From: Phoronis australis
Lineage: Eukaryota > Animalia > Phoronida
DNA: 64,000 nucleotides
Direction of reading: 5' to 3'
NCBI GenBank assembly: GCA_002633005.1
Contig: NMRA01000181.1
Location: forward strand, 320,959 to 384,958
This document shows positions 24,933-37,456 of this stretch, piece by piece. The translations under genes and the position numbers were made by a program. Within the stretch, counting starts at the first letter, position 1, and each line of letters opens with the position of its first letter. The notes below the pieces were generated by a model. The model saw nothing but the letters and a program-made list of their open reading frames with translations, was not told where the DNA came from and did no database searches.

Positions 24933-26639
24933 AATAGCGGATTTGCAGCGACGCCATATTGAAATTAGGTTAAAATGGTGCATTGTGGGTGCTGTGGTCA
25001 GGATTCCGAAAGCGGCCATAGTAACAAGCATAATACGCGGTATGAGCGCGAAGAAAACTTACGGCGGATATACTTGTGTTCCTGGCTGCTTCAAAAACAA
25101 CAAGACAGATAAAAATCTGAGTTTTTATTTGTTCCCTGCAAACCAAGAACTTCGTGAAAAATGGATAAACAATATTAGGAGAGCTGGGAGTAAGGGGAGA
25201 TTTAGCGCATTCAAACCAACGCAGGGCTATCTAGTAGGCAACACGTAGCCCCTCGGTTGGCCATATAGGGGCTACAATACTCCCATTCGCTTTCTGTATT
25301 CATTTCNCTTCACTCTATACACTTTGTCTCTGATCCGAGCAGTATGGCGAACGACTTGGGTTCAACCCATGACGTTGTACATGATTATTATTTTTTTCAA
25401 TTTTTGCATGTTTCTTTATGAGTTGTGCACTAAAGGCACTGAAATCTAGTAAGATATAATAATAAAATTTATTTTAAGGTACTAGAGTCATGTTGTGTAC
25501 ACTTTAAATGGGCCGTGACCGGATTTGGGTTACCGATTTCGAGTTTTCACCTCGTCAAAAATACATTCTACACTTAAAACTATCATTTAAAAAAACGCTT
25601 ACTTTCATCATTGGTCTTTTCTACTTCTATACATATCTTTGATGAAGCTTAGTTGTGAGAAATAAGTTGACTTTGGCGAAGAATTACAACTCCACTTTTT
25701 TGGTTGCCGTTAATTTTATCACCGCGTGAGCCGCGATAACCACAAAGCATGTCAACTGAATCACGTGAGTTAAGCAAAGGTTAGCGCGAGACTGAGCGAA
25801 GCGCGTGACGCTAGCGTGTGACGCTAGTGCGTGACGCTAGCACGCGACACTTGTAAAATAGCATGAGAAGGTATCGGGTGAAACTTGTAAGATGCGTGTC
25901 CCTTGGACTTTTTATTCAACATGCGTAATTTCACTAACTTCCTCAAAATGGCACCCGGTAACTGAGAGAAACTCGAGCAAACCGCATCAGATTTTCATCG
26001 ATTTGTTCAAGTTTTGCTGACTAAATTGTATCCACAGTCGTGGTATGTGTTAATTATAACTCCGTGTTCCTACATGTATGGTTCATTTAATTTTATTTGC
26101 TGTATTATGAAATGAGTAACTTTTTGTGAGGATGTACTATCGCCCCTGAATGCCTGCGGCATCCAGTGCGATGTAATTGCCTAGGGGCCATCGTGTGTGC
26201 AGCGAACATTTTCCTGGTGGAAAAAAGACGTATGAGAACAACATGCCGACGGAGTTTCCTTTTAAAATTAACGTCTCTAGCATATACACGGCGAATGCTA
26301 CAACAATTAAGCAACCCAAGAACTCTCAACTTGTCTGAAACCGGAGGAGATTTCGAAATCAACGCCGATAGCCCCAATACTGAACATGACGACAGTTGTG
26401 CCCTCGGTCACACGGTCACTGATCATAGCTACGCTGTGTTTACAAGCGAGAGAGAGGACTTGCTTGGTATTATAAAGCAAAAAAATGAAACATGGTTTTT
26501 AGTTTGCAAATCACTCCAAATGCACACTACGCAGCCTGCTCAAGACATGCCTGACCACAAGCTATCCCATGAGCCTTCGCGCAGGAAGTAACTCGCACAT
26601 GCGCAATGCGTAGTTCGTTTGCGCTGCAAATCCGCTATT
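24933..26639 (+). mobile_element. THAP-carrying TIR element (ISL2EU/PIF-Harbinger-group-like), interrupted by an insertion
   Basis: 18-bp perfect inverted ends AATAGCGGATTTGCAGCG / CGCTGCAAATCCGCTATT; THAP YTCVPGCFKNNKTDKNLSFYLFP..LREKWINNIRR..FKPTQG (25041-25225) resumes as HRVCSEHFPGGKKTYENNMPT at ~26189. Superfamily assignment is an inference. Confidence 0.65.
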
Positions 26640-29046
26640 ATCAAATCTACCTAGCCTTTTAGTTTCCCGAATATTTTTGTTTCTACATCGGGCAGTTTCA
26701 GCCTGAACAAAATTCTTACTATTCGAGTCTGACATCTACGACGTGACTGACTGAAAATTGGCGGCGGTGGTAATGACGTGCACGCAGTTAGCTACAGGCA
26801 TGGAACATCGGGTCCAGGGATCATCGAGCCGGGAAATATTGAAACAGACTTGACATCGGAATTTTAGGTCATTGGAACGGAGGAATATCGTAAAACACTG
26901 GGTTTATTGTAGCAACAGCTTAAAAGTACAGAGTCGCGCCGGTGTACTCCTTTACGTAGGGCTGTCGTTGTTCTCTTTTGATGTGCGATCTCTGAAGTGG
27001 TACACGCGTGTAAGTTCCCTCACCCTGGAGTGCATGTTACCTTGACAACAGCATATGTGATTGACAGGTGACTCACACGTACGCGCATGCTGAATCCAGC
27101 CGCTGTCTTTTGTCACATAAAACAAGACCCATGTTGAAGGAGGCTGTTAAATAACTTGACGACATTTCCAAGTCTAGTGACGGCATATTGCGCGCAAACA
27201 GCGGGACCGAACAGTGCCGCAGTACGATATTGCCGTAGGTAATATTATAATAGGATAATCTGTACATATTCCGTGTAAAATAAATGTGTTTTTCGAGTTT
27301 CTTTATGTTTGCCAGGTAGGCCTTTCTATTTTACCCCCCCCCCTAAAAAAGACGGCTCATGTAGGTTTGAATTTCTATTTAACCCTTCCCCCAAAAAATC
27401 ATCTCACGTAGGTTGGAATTTCCCAGTGGCAGGTACAAAACGTCTATAATCTCGGCTCGCATTTCCAAATTTCATGTCGCCAATGCGACTTGCAGTTCGT
27501 TATGCTGAGTGCGGAGTCTCGGTTGCAAAACACTGACTCGGAAAGGACGCTTTGCTGGTTGAAGCTCCTCACTAATTAAGTCGTATAGCCGCGCAAACCA
27601 GGGATGCCGGTTACCCGAAGAATTGGGGCTACACCTACGAATTGTTTTTTACTGACGCAGATACGTGTACGAACAGGTAATTTTTTCCTCGGATTCTACT
27701 GTACGCGCTCACTAGACTCATCCCCAGTCATAGTGTTAGTAATTTTAAAATTAAATCTTAAGCAAATGCTTGTTTTTGAGTAATGCCTTTGCGGTAACTT
27801 TTGATTGACGACTGGCTCACGTCCGCTTACCCCGATTCTCATCTTCTTTGCGTGGCATTTTTCACGCAATTGGAAGTGGAGATAAAACAGCTAGCCGCAG
27901 AACCATACGTTGAAAATGAGTCACGGAGTCTAATCTAATTTCATCTGATCTCCAACATAAACATCCCCAAAACAAAAAAGATCGCAGGACGGCATAGTAT
28001 TAGGCCTACTCACCAATTTTGTAAGTTTAATTGTGATTGACTAATCTGTGGGCCACAGAACATTTCTTGGGACCGTCCGCTGTTATGACACTTTTAGCGG
28101 CATTTGGCGACTTGACTTTAAAGCTCTTCGAAAAGTTCTACGCGTTCCGTAGACCCTGCATCAATCAGAACAAGGAGGGATCAGGCCATGCACGTTGTGC
28201 TCTAAAAGTACGTAACATGACCACAAACTGCGTGTGCGAAAATGACAGCCCGCTTTTTGAGGCGAATTGGACAAGATTCTCAAATTACAACGAAACATTC
28301 TAACCACACTTGCCTCTTGGTGATAATATACCAAATGAGCTAATAGAAATTCTAAACACGTTGGTTGGACAAAATTGCGAGCTTTCTAACGATATCCCTC
28401 TTATCAGGAAGAGATAACACGGAAGGGACAACTGTTTTAGCGCATTTTAACGGATATTCAAAAGTGATTTCAAAAGTAAATGTTAAAGTCGTCTTGAATC
28501 CAAGCATTGTGTTTGAAAGCTTAACTCTTTAGCTATAAAATGACACCACTTTGGTCCCCAAAGACTGCATATTAATGGCACTAGGATGCTTTGAACATGA
28601 CTTGTTTTACCCTTAAAAACATGTCTATTCCCAGGCATGTACTCGGGCATGATCCTCTTTTTTGAACCAACAGATGTCACTTATATATGCAAATGAGGCT
28701 CGCATCTCTACGTCATATGACGTCATACGATGTCATACGACGCGAACTTCCAATTTGAACCCTCCGGTGCCTATAGCGAATGACTTGAAACGCAGTTCTA
28801 ACTGATTGGGCAGATCTAAGAAAATTAAGAACTCACACAAGTCAATGTTCAAAGAACATTGAATGGTTTCACATGAAAATACATTTAATTGATTGTATTT
28901 GGATACGCTTGCATATGTGTAAGCGTGGACTTTGTCATTTTGCTTAAATCCAGATTTAGAAGCAGGTGTTAGTCAAGAAATTAGCTGCTCCCGCCACGGG
29001 TGGCAGGTGTCGTGGCGTCCGAGTAGCCGGGAAGTCCGATCCATGC

Positions 29047-29152
29047 ATGCGCAATTCGACGAACTAATGCTAGTCGCTGGTCAGCTCCGCTATGATTCAT
29101 GCGCAATTCGACGAACTAATGCTGGTCGCTGGTCAGCTCCGCTATGATTCAT
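29047..29152. repeat. Local tandem duplication (~52 bp x2)
   Basis: catgcgcaattcgacgaactaatgct(a/g)gtcgctggtcagctccgctatgatt occurs twice head to tail. Confidence 0.85.
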
Positions 29153-30059
29153 TTGAGACGTGCGGCTTAACTCGAACCTATACCCGTGTTCTGGCTCCAA
29201 GGTCGTTTTGTTTGACCCAGTTTCGGGAAAAGTATATTTTAATACGGTCATTTCCTGAAGATTTTTTTGAAAGATATGATCCCGAAATCCTTGGCCTATA
29301 GAGCTGTATCAAAATTCATTGTTGAAACACAGCCACTGGTCAAGCTTCGGCCGCCGGGCGGCTGGGGAAAATGCTATGGAACGCGTGTCCCAAAAATGCA
29401 CACACTTCAACTCCTGCAGTCCAAGTTCTTTTCCCGTCAATCACTGTGCGCGGATTCTACGCGGGCAGCCAACACCTTATTTTTAACGTGGGTGAGTCAC
29501 TGAGTCACGACGTGTCCAGCCTTTGCGGTATGCACGGGAATGTCAAGCAAACGATTCGGTTTAGAAGAACCTAAATTCATTCAATTCTACTGGGAACTAC
29601 AAGCATCAAGGAAATGCAAAGACAATCTTTCCAAATTTACGAGCAATGACTTGAATTTCTTTTTCGATCCGATCTACGGTTTGTAATTTTTTGAATTTCT
29701 TTAGTCTAGTTTTTTTGAAATTCAATACATTCATGAATATCACTTGGTTATCGTTTAGAGTCCTTCTTTGCGATATGGTGGTCTGATGATGGTTCGAATT
29801 TTTGCAAGTCCGTCCTTCAGCCTTCAACTAAGTTCAGTGACGCATCGCCATTTCTTACAAGACAGCTCCTGTGCTGTGCACGAATGTTTTGTGTTTTTGA
29901 TGAATTTGAAATTTCAACTTCCCCTCGTGAGTAGTTGGCAGTGTCATGTCGGAGGTGCGGTATAGAGGGCGCAGCACTGAAAAAAGTGGGGGCTAAAGCC
30001 CCCTCAGCCCCCCTGCAGTGCACCGCCTATGGACCACTGAAAATCTTGAACTGAATAAA

Positions 30060-32019
30060 AGGAGAATGTCACCCGATTTAATTAGTCTTTTTTGCCTTAT
30101 TAATTGGTCTATATCCACATCGCCTCGCACACGGTCGACCTTATCTTGCCAAGAGGTGTCTCGTTAAACTGTGAGGAAGGTGAGAGACGACGCTAGCGAC
30201 GTCAGTGGTTCATCTGCACTAAATGAGAGTGAATGCCGCTATGTTGCGGTGCATCGTTCACGCTTGTGCGAGCTATGCAGCTGCGAGGAAAGTGGGAATA
30301 TTCGTTTTTTCGACTTCCTCGAGAGTCCGAAATGTTTAGGAAGTGGATTGCAGTAGTGAAGAATGAAAAGTACGCTGTAAATAGCAAGTATGAGGCCGTG
30401 GAACATCTCCTTGTCTGTGGCCTACAGTGGTCGACAGCCGCGTGAGTGCCTGACGAATCCCAGCTTGCCAAATAACTATAATCCCTACGTTCCGTTGTCT
30501 GAGCTTGTTCACGGCGCCTCTTTAGTATTTCTTCATCACTGTATTCCTGTTCGAACTGATAGCCTGCGAAACCTAACGATCCACCTGCGAAGTCTTCGTC
30601 GGGACTGATGAGCTCTCGTCTAAGTCGCGGGGGATTCGAGTTGCCATGTTGACGTTTATTACTGAGCGTTCTGTTTTAAAATGAATTATTCTCACCCTCA
30701 CCAATACTTATATAAAACTGGAACAAAGTCTGTCTCATTAGATGCAATTTGTAATGCCTTTGGAGTGTTCCTGAGTGCAAACATGATTTGAGAAGCCAGC
30801 AATGAATAAATCCCTGCGTTACCGGCTTTAAGTGCAATAACTTAAACTAATTGACGGGACACCTAGGCCGTGTGAGCTCATGCTAATTTAGTGTTAGATG
30901 GCAGAAACTGTTGTGAAACAACTCGATTTCCATCCCACGGCCAGGTGTTAGGGGAATCTTTATTTATATTTACATTATTCAAATAATGATTGTCAATGTA
31001 CAGCTTCTTCTCTGACCATGCGCGCACCCAGGGGGGCTCAGGGGCTCGAACAAGCTAGGGCAAAGTGGCGAAGTGGACAAAAAGGTCCGCCTCTGGGAAA
31101 CAAAAAGTCCGAGAAAATGAGACTAAAGTCCTCTAAATAAGCACAATCGCGCAGTTCACAGTGGTACCCCGTTTTTTTTAGCTCACCCGCTTTTTTGTTA
31201 CCAAAAGGTCCACAACGTCAGAAATTCGAGCCCCCCCATATTGAAGGCTGGGTGTGCGCATGCTGACGGTGCTGTGGACAAAGTGGAATCTAAATTCGCG
31301 GCCCCGGCGAGTAAGTAGATTTGCAGTTTCGTGGCTAATTCACCAACATAATCACGTGCAAATTACTTTGGCTCACCAGTATAGCATTTTCCTGACTAGA
31401 AATTTAGTTTCCAACTTTGGCTGGTTTATGTTCGTGATGTCTGATCAGTTTCTGAGCCACTGGTCGGGATAAAGAGTCAATCCGGCCGGCCGCGACGGGC
31501 CTGACCGGGCTCCGAGCCACTGGCCAGGATAACGAGCGTTTTGCGTGTTTAGAACTCAAAAAATCACAATTCTTAACAACACAGACTAGGTTCTACTGTC
31601 TGTATCTCACGGAAAAATACTTCGAATTTATCTCCGAAAAGACCCCAAACTCCTGCTACAGACCTTATTGGAATACCGAGCCGTTGTAGGCTACGGCCGT
31701 GTCCAAATACCAATAAATCCGTAACAGCGAAATAAAACAACACTTTTTTATACGAACTCGGTGTATTTTTAAGGGTTTTACATCGAAGTTTGATGATTTA
31801 TTGGTGTAAAACGATGAATTCAAGCGATAAACTGACACCAGTAACCCGTGTTGTGAACTGCTGAACAGACTGCGCGGGAAACCGATGACGTCATTGGATA
31901 ATTTCAAAACCTCAGTCTGCCATCAGGTGTCAGGTAACGCAACCGCGCGTGCCGTTATGGAGTAGAACTACTCGATCTAAATTGATACAAATTAGGTTGT
32001 TTTTGGGTGGCATGCTCCT
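30060..32019 (+). mobile_element. Kolobok-type THAP-remnant element (copy 3)
   Basis: Same termini AGGAGAATGTCACCC / GGGTGGCATGCTCCT; colinear with 3968-5504; decayed TSDs (TAAA/TTAC); THAP remnant at 30233-30445. Confidence 0.8.
31017..31262. mobile_element. MITE with 5-bp TSD nested in Kolobok copy 3
   Basis: CTGAC-[CATGCGCGCACCCAG...CTGGGTGTGCGCATG]-CTGAC; copy 1 has the empty site (single ctgac at ~4735). Confidence 0.85.
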
Positions 32020-35000
32020 TTACTACGCTCCGCAAAATTTTTGCTGTACAAATTTTCTCGAATTTTCGAAATACATTTATGAATAGTTAAGTGCACATTT
32101 TCAAGAGCGCTTAGGCGGCCTATGCTGCAAAAATGGAGACCCTAACAACAATTGTCCTGGTCAGGGCCCTCAAATGGTAAACCATACACTGATACCGAGT
32201 TTTCAAAGTTCTCTTGAGTTTTCTCTCTGATCAGTATTCAAAGTCTTTACTTTTTGTCTTTCCCCATCCCCACACCTTCGTCGGTTGCCATGGTTTAACC
32301 CTGAGGTATGCAATTTTTTGGTGGTGGCACTCGCCCTCCCCCCGCTTACTAAATGTCCTGATGCAAGGAGTCCATCGTTGGTCCAAGGTCAATGTTGTGT
32401 TTCAACACGCACTCGTTGTATAGCTTTAGCATTAAATTAAAGGTTTAAGAAATACAGGAGCAGTTTTGCGCATTTAATTGTGCGTGTAAAAGGTTTTATG
32501 GATTCGTACCGAATTTGTTGCTGCAACTTGTCTCATGGGCCTGTACCCGGCGCGTGATCACAAATGTGGACACTAATTCGGCTATTGCGCAAGGAGGCCA
32601 GTGAAAATGTAAGGCAGCAGGCCAGTGGGCGTGTGTGCTTTCTAGTCTCTTATTATGAAAACCATTGAAGGCAATTATCAGCACCTGCAAACAAGAATTT
32701 TGAAGTATGGAGAATTTCAACAGGAGTTTGCTGTAGACTTAGTCGCGAAGCTGCTGACATTCCAGCCACGGTTAGTGCCGGTCCTTTGAAGCAATTATAG
32801 CATATATATACGATTTTTTAAGAATGGCAAGTGTGCGTTTTGTTGAAGGAAATGTCCATGGCGTCTAGGAATTTGAGGTATTTAATGATGAACAACTGTT
32901 GTGGCTTAATTTGGAAAAACACTTAGCAAAACTAACTTCCAAGTATGCATACTGTGGCGGAATTAAGAAATACGATTATGGCAGTGCTAACTGTAGCAGA
33001 GCCACAAAGTGTGCTAAAATGGTAGGAAATTAGGCATAACATTTCTGTAGCAGATAAAAGGTTGATTGGCTCAGGAGAAAGCCGAGGTCTTCAATGCTCA
33101 GAAAGATTTCGGCAGGCAAGAGACTTGCCAAGAAAATGGCACAGTTGAGTCCGGGCATTCTAAAGGAAAGAACTGCAGCCAATTACTTGGTGCAACTTCA
33201 CTCACCCGACGGCGTTGTTTCACGATACCACAACCTCAAACAACGTCAAAGAAACGAAACGCGGAGGGTGAGATATTTCAGAGTATTAATATTTATTCTT
33301 GGATACAGGTGTCCACCTCAAAATGAATAACCCACGGTCATTCTTTATGCCGATAGCAATGTTTTCGCCAACTGAAGAAGAACAGGAATCATAGACATCC
33401 CGCGCGCTCCGTCTATGGTTCTGACACTTCAAACTTTCAACACGATAGGTAGCCGCAGAAAGTTCGATGTTGACCTCGTTCTAATCTTCTCTGCAATCCA
33501 CAGTCTGGGGACGAAAATAATTCAAATCCGCTCCTCTAAATAGGGCTTGCTTAGCTGGAATTCAGAACTGCGGTCATGAGAGTGTTTTCACCTCCTGATT
33601 GCGAAGCGATCGAGTTAGCTGTGATATCTTCATCAGCGCGTGCTCTCAGCGGGAGGTCACCGCTTTGTGCACTCAAGCGCTCGACAACAACTAAATTGAC
33701 CAGAGTCTCAGAACTCCCACATGCAAATTTGATATGCAAATGAGGAAGTACTTGACTACTGCGCCATCTATACATCGACGGAAAAGCTTAAATACCCGTG
33801 AGTGCGTGTGGGAAATTGCGATTGCGTGTGCTGAAGTCAATATTTTCAAAGTACAATTACACCACTGTTTAAGGTTGAAAAGTGAGTTTTTTGATATCCT
33901 TCTATAGAAAAAGCTTTAATCCATCTGATAAAATCATCTGTTTCTTTTTAAACGAAACTTAAGCCCTGAAATTAGTCCGGGGAAGGAGGCCAAAAACGGC
34001 GGTTTAGCTAGTTGTCCCTTCCTGGTTATCTCTTCCTGCTCTTATGCAATTCGATTGAGAACTACGGAGTTGTGAAAAGTTTAAGTGAAAGTAAAGAAAG
34101 TGACCCTCTTAGCACTGGTCTAGTGTTGAAATATATAATTGTTATAGATCGTAATCTATTTTGCCAGGGGTACGCCACGAACTATGTTGCAGAGTGAAAC
34201 AAGACGAGGATTGCAAACAATGTCATTTATTATGACGTAAGACGAAGAACTAAAGAAGACTCTGCAAGATGATCATGGAAAAAACGCCACCGGCGAGCAC
34301 AATGAATTGCCCTTAATGATGGAAGCAAAACAAATGATTGAGAACTCTCTGAATGGCCTAAAATGTACAAAGACAAGATTATAAACAAACAAAAAGCCTG
34401 AAGGACGTAAGAGGTAATGAATAATATGAAACAATTAAAACAGGCACCCGGGATGGAGGGTGGGAAAAATACAGAGGATAAAGGTAGATCTTGTAGAAGA
34501 CGAGGTAGGTGGTTGAATGAACACGCTATACTGAACAAAGGAAATATGAGTGACTAATCAGGTGTCGAGTAGAGAAATGTATGAATACAAAAAAGACCCC
34601 TGAGGTTATAAATAGAAATGAGTAATGCAAAATAAACCCCAAGGGTTGATATAAAGTGACAAATGTTAACGCGGTGAGACAGACTAGCTGTGCTGTCTCG
34701 AGGTCATTTTCGTGCTCAGGCACGGGAACTCTGCTGACTTACTTATAAACATTTCTTACGCCATTATTTGTGTACTTTGTTCGTACATATAATTTGGTTT
34801 CCCCTCTTCTTTTTGCTGTTCTATGAAATACAGACGTTCATGTAAGCCTAGTCGTCTTTAATTATTACTGGCGTTAAGTTTAAATGTTACACCTTAAAAG
34901 AGTAGTTATTAGATTCTAACTTGAATGTTCGTTACGAAAGCTAAATGCACTTTACAATTAGAATAAAATAATTAACAAAAATTAACTGAATTTTATTTAC

Positions 35001-35198
35001 ATTGCGCAAGCGCGTTTTTACAAAAGTTGCGTCATGTGGTAGAATGTTTGAGACACGTCAAGTTTTTCGGCAAAAAGGTCGTTTTTGCGGTTCATGGGAG
35101 AAAAAAAATCTTATGCTCGTCTGAGGTTTATGATATGGGCAAAACCTCTTGGAAATTTCGTCAAAACCCTCGGCAAGCCTGCTACTCGAGTCGGATTC

Positions 35199-35207
35199 TA
35201 TATAAAA
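35199..35207 (+). promoter_or_regulatory. Candidate TATA box for paralog 2
   Basis: TATATAAAA followed by GC-rich gcgcgccc, ~135 nt upstream of the candidate ATG at 35338. Confidence 0.35.
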
Positions 35208-35337
35208 TAGCGCGCCCTTTGATTGTGGCACGTGTTCATGCTTCACGATTTTACACAAATTTAAATGACGGAGGATTTTTTGAAAAATTGTCTCGAAAAG
35301 TTTAAACGTTTCACATAATCCTAATTGAGAAACAGTC

Positions 35338-35356
35338 ATGAAAATGTGGATACAAG
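35338..35356 (+). CDS. Candidate first coding exon of paralog 2 (MKMWIQ)
   Basis: gtcATG AAA ATG TGG ATA CAA G|gtaatt; the phase-1 donor matches all downstream exons. Confidence 0.4.
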
Positions 35357-35796
35357 GTAATTATTCATTTGTTCATCGGATCATCTTACCAAATGTTCCG
35401 AATTTGTTTTCAGCAAGCAGTATTATGCATTATTCTTTCGGGAATTAAATGAAAAAGATGAATTAGTTCTCAAGGAGTCTAATACTGTGTAGTATTATAG
35501 TCAGTCAATCAAAACTTATAAATTTGATGGCAAAGTCAGGTTACTTTTGTTTTATAGAATATGAAGTTTATCCAGTCACTGTTTATTTTTTATAGAAGCA
35601 GTTCTAAATTCAAAATTGGTTATAATTTTGAGAAAAACTGTTCGATATTTTGACATATGGAGGTTTTTCTCATATTTCTGAAACATTGCTCATTGTTTTC
35701 CGGACTCCAGTTCCATTGTTCTGAAACATGGATGGCGAAATCGTGTGTACTTCATACAGGGAATCCGAGAGTTATACTATTGTCTTTCGATTTCAG

Positions 35797-35817
35797 TGTT
35801 TCGTTTTTCGGGATTTG
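35797..35817 (+). CDS. Candidate 21-nt phase 1-1 micro-exon ((V)FRFSGF)
   Basis: ctttcgatttcag|TG TTT CGT TTT TCG GGA TTT G|gtaatg; could be a chance match. Confidence 0.3.
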
Positions 35818-36483
35818 GTAATGATGCTGTCCTTGAGAAAAGTGTCACTTTCACCTTAAAGAAATGTAAAGAAGAAACCCGGCTCATAAAATCCCAACGT
35901 ACTAGATGGAAAAGGATAATTGCTCTGCTGATTTGTAAATCTGATGCCTGTCATAAAAGACCTTCGAATTCGTCAGTGCATATAATACATTCTCTCCAAT
36001 AAGGCTAATGTTAGAAAAAGGACATCAAGTTTAATTATTCATAGGAACATTATTTTGACCTATGCAACCTTTGTACGCACTAGGCTGTTTTGTTTTCTTT
36101 TAGTCCAATATTTTCATGGAATGGCTTTAGCCATTCAATACTTTATTAATTGTGGACTAAGGAAGTGAAAGTACACCTCATGGCTAACTGGCTGAAACCA
36201 CAAAAATATCAATTGGTCTGACAAGTTTCAAGAAATAGTAGCTTACTACACGTGCTATCATGCTAAGCTTCCACTGTGAAAATATCTTCTGCTGAAGCAG
36301 GTTGCCACTTATTACTGAGTACAATGTCAAGTCAAAGCATCCCGACTACACGTTACACGCATTCAAACTGGAGATCGATGGTTTACAAGTATAAATGCCG
36401 GTACAATGCTGTTTGTTTAACATGCGATTTTTGCGTGTCCTCATTTATGTATTTTGCTTTCAAGTTTGATGATTTCAGCTATT

Positions 36484-36545
36484 GAGTGGCGCAGCTGTTA
36501 AGTCGACGACTCGGAACTCTTGCTAACCTTGTTCGAAACCGCCCT
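36484..36545 (+). mobile_element. tRNA-derived SINE head (degenerate)
   Basis: A-box-like TGGCGCAGCTG and B-box-like GTTCGAAAC. Confidence 0.4.
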
Positions 36546-37417
36546 CAAGTTCCCGCCAAAATGTTAATCAACTCGCGTTGAATAACTAATATAGGTTATC
36601 CCACATGCATCAGGGAATATATCAACGAGACCGATATAAGTGTAGTAAATGGGTGTTTGTCCAATTCTACTGTGCACGTGATGATTCCAGCATAACGTTT
36701 GAGCCTGAACTCGAAATCTCTATTTTTCCTTGCCGTGGAAACAGCTATAAACTTTGGTTTAGACCACGTACTGTTGTGAAATTAATCTCAAGTTTGCTTA
36801 GTTAAATTGGAGGTGATCCCAGGGCTACGAAGAAACTGACAGTTTGTTGTTTGTAACATGACTCAATTCAATTTTGCTTGTCCTGGAGTGTCATTTTATG
36901 CCCCCAGCATGGTCTCAAGGAAACACGAACTTTCAGTTCTTTGTTAATCCAAACCATTTCTCATCTAAGCTATACTAAGACCAATGTTATAGCTGTAGGT
37001 GGTCTAACTCATAAATTTTGTTATTGGGCACAACGCAGGATTCATAGTCGCCTTGAGTTTATGTCTCGAATGTAGTGGTGCTCACCGAACTAAACTCATC
37101 GCCCAGAAATCACCTTTAACAAAGCGTTTTCTTGAGTCACTGAAGGTTTCCATGTTCTTTTTGGTAGCATAAATAGCATCCTATCAACTATTTTACTCGG
37201 AAGTGCATTTGTAACGTTTGTTTCATTGTACTGGTACATGTACACCAGTCCAATGGGAATGATGAACAGATATATATTATTTTGCAAGTATTTATGCCGT
37301 TAATTAGAAGCCAATGAGCTTTCTTGCCGTATCTTTAGCAGAATCTGTTTGAATCAGGAACTGGTCAATATCCGTGTACTTAATATATAATTCACTTCCT
37401 CCTTTTATCATTTTCAG

Positions 37418-37456
37418 GATGCGGGACATCTTTGGTTGTCTGTTTGTTGATTCAAG
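37418..37456 (+). CDS. 39-nt phase 1-1 exon encoding a signal-peptide-like hydrophobic core ((G)CGTSLVVCLLIQ)
   Basis: Strong acceptor ttcacttcctccttttatcattttcag| and donor caag|gtatgt; open, length divisible by 3, hydrophobic. Confidence 0.6.

Noticed and set aside
32820-34500. Short ORFs and splice-like sites (33094-33330, ~34220-34385) as a separate gene
   Set aside because: No recognisable motif, internal stops, and no consistent exon chain.
35393-35452. Signal-peptide-like MFRICFQQAVLCIILSG as a first or second exon
   Set aside because: No GT donor follows (gaatta) and the frame stops two codons later; 37418-37456 has much better splice sites. Not fully excluded.
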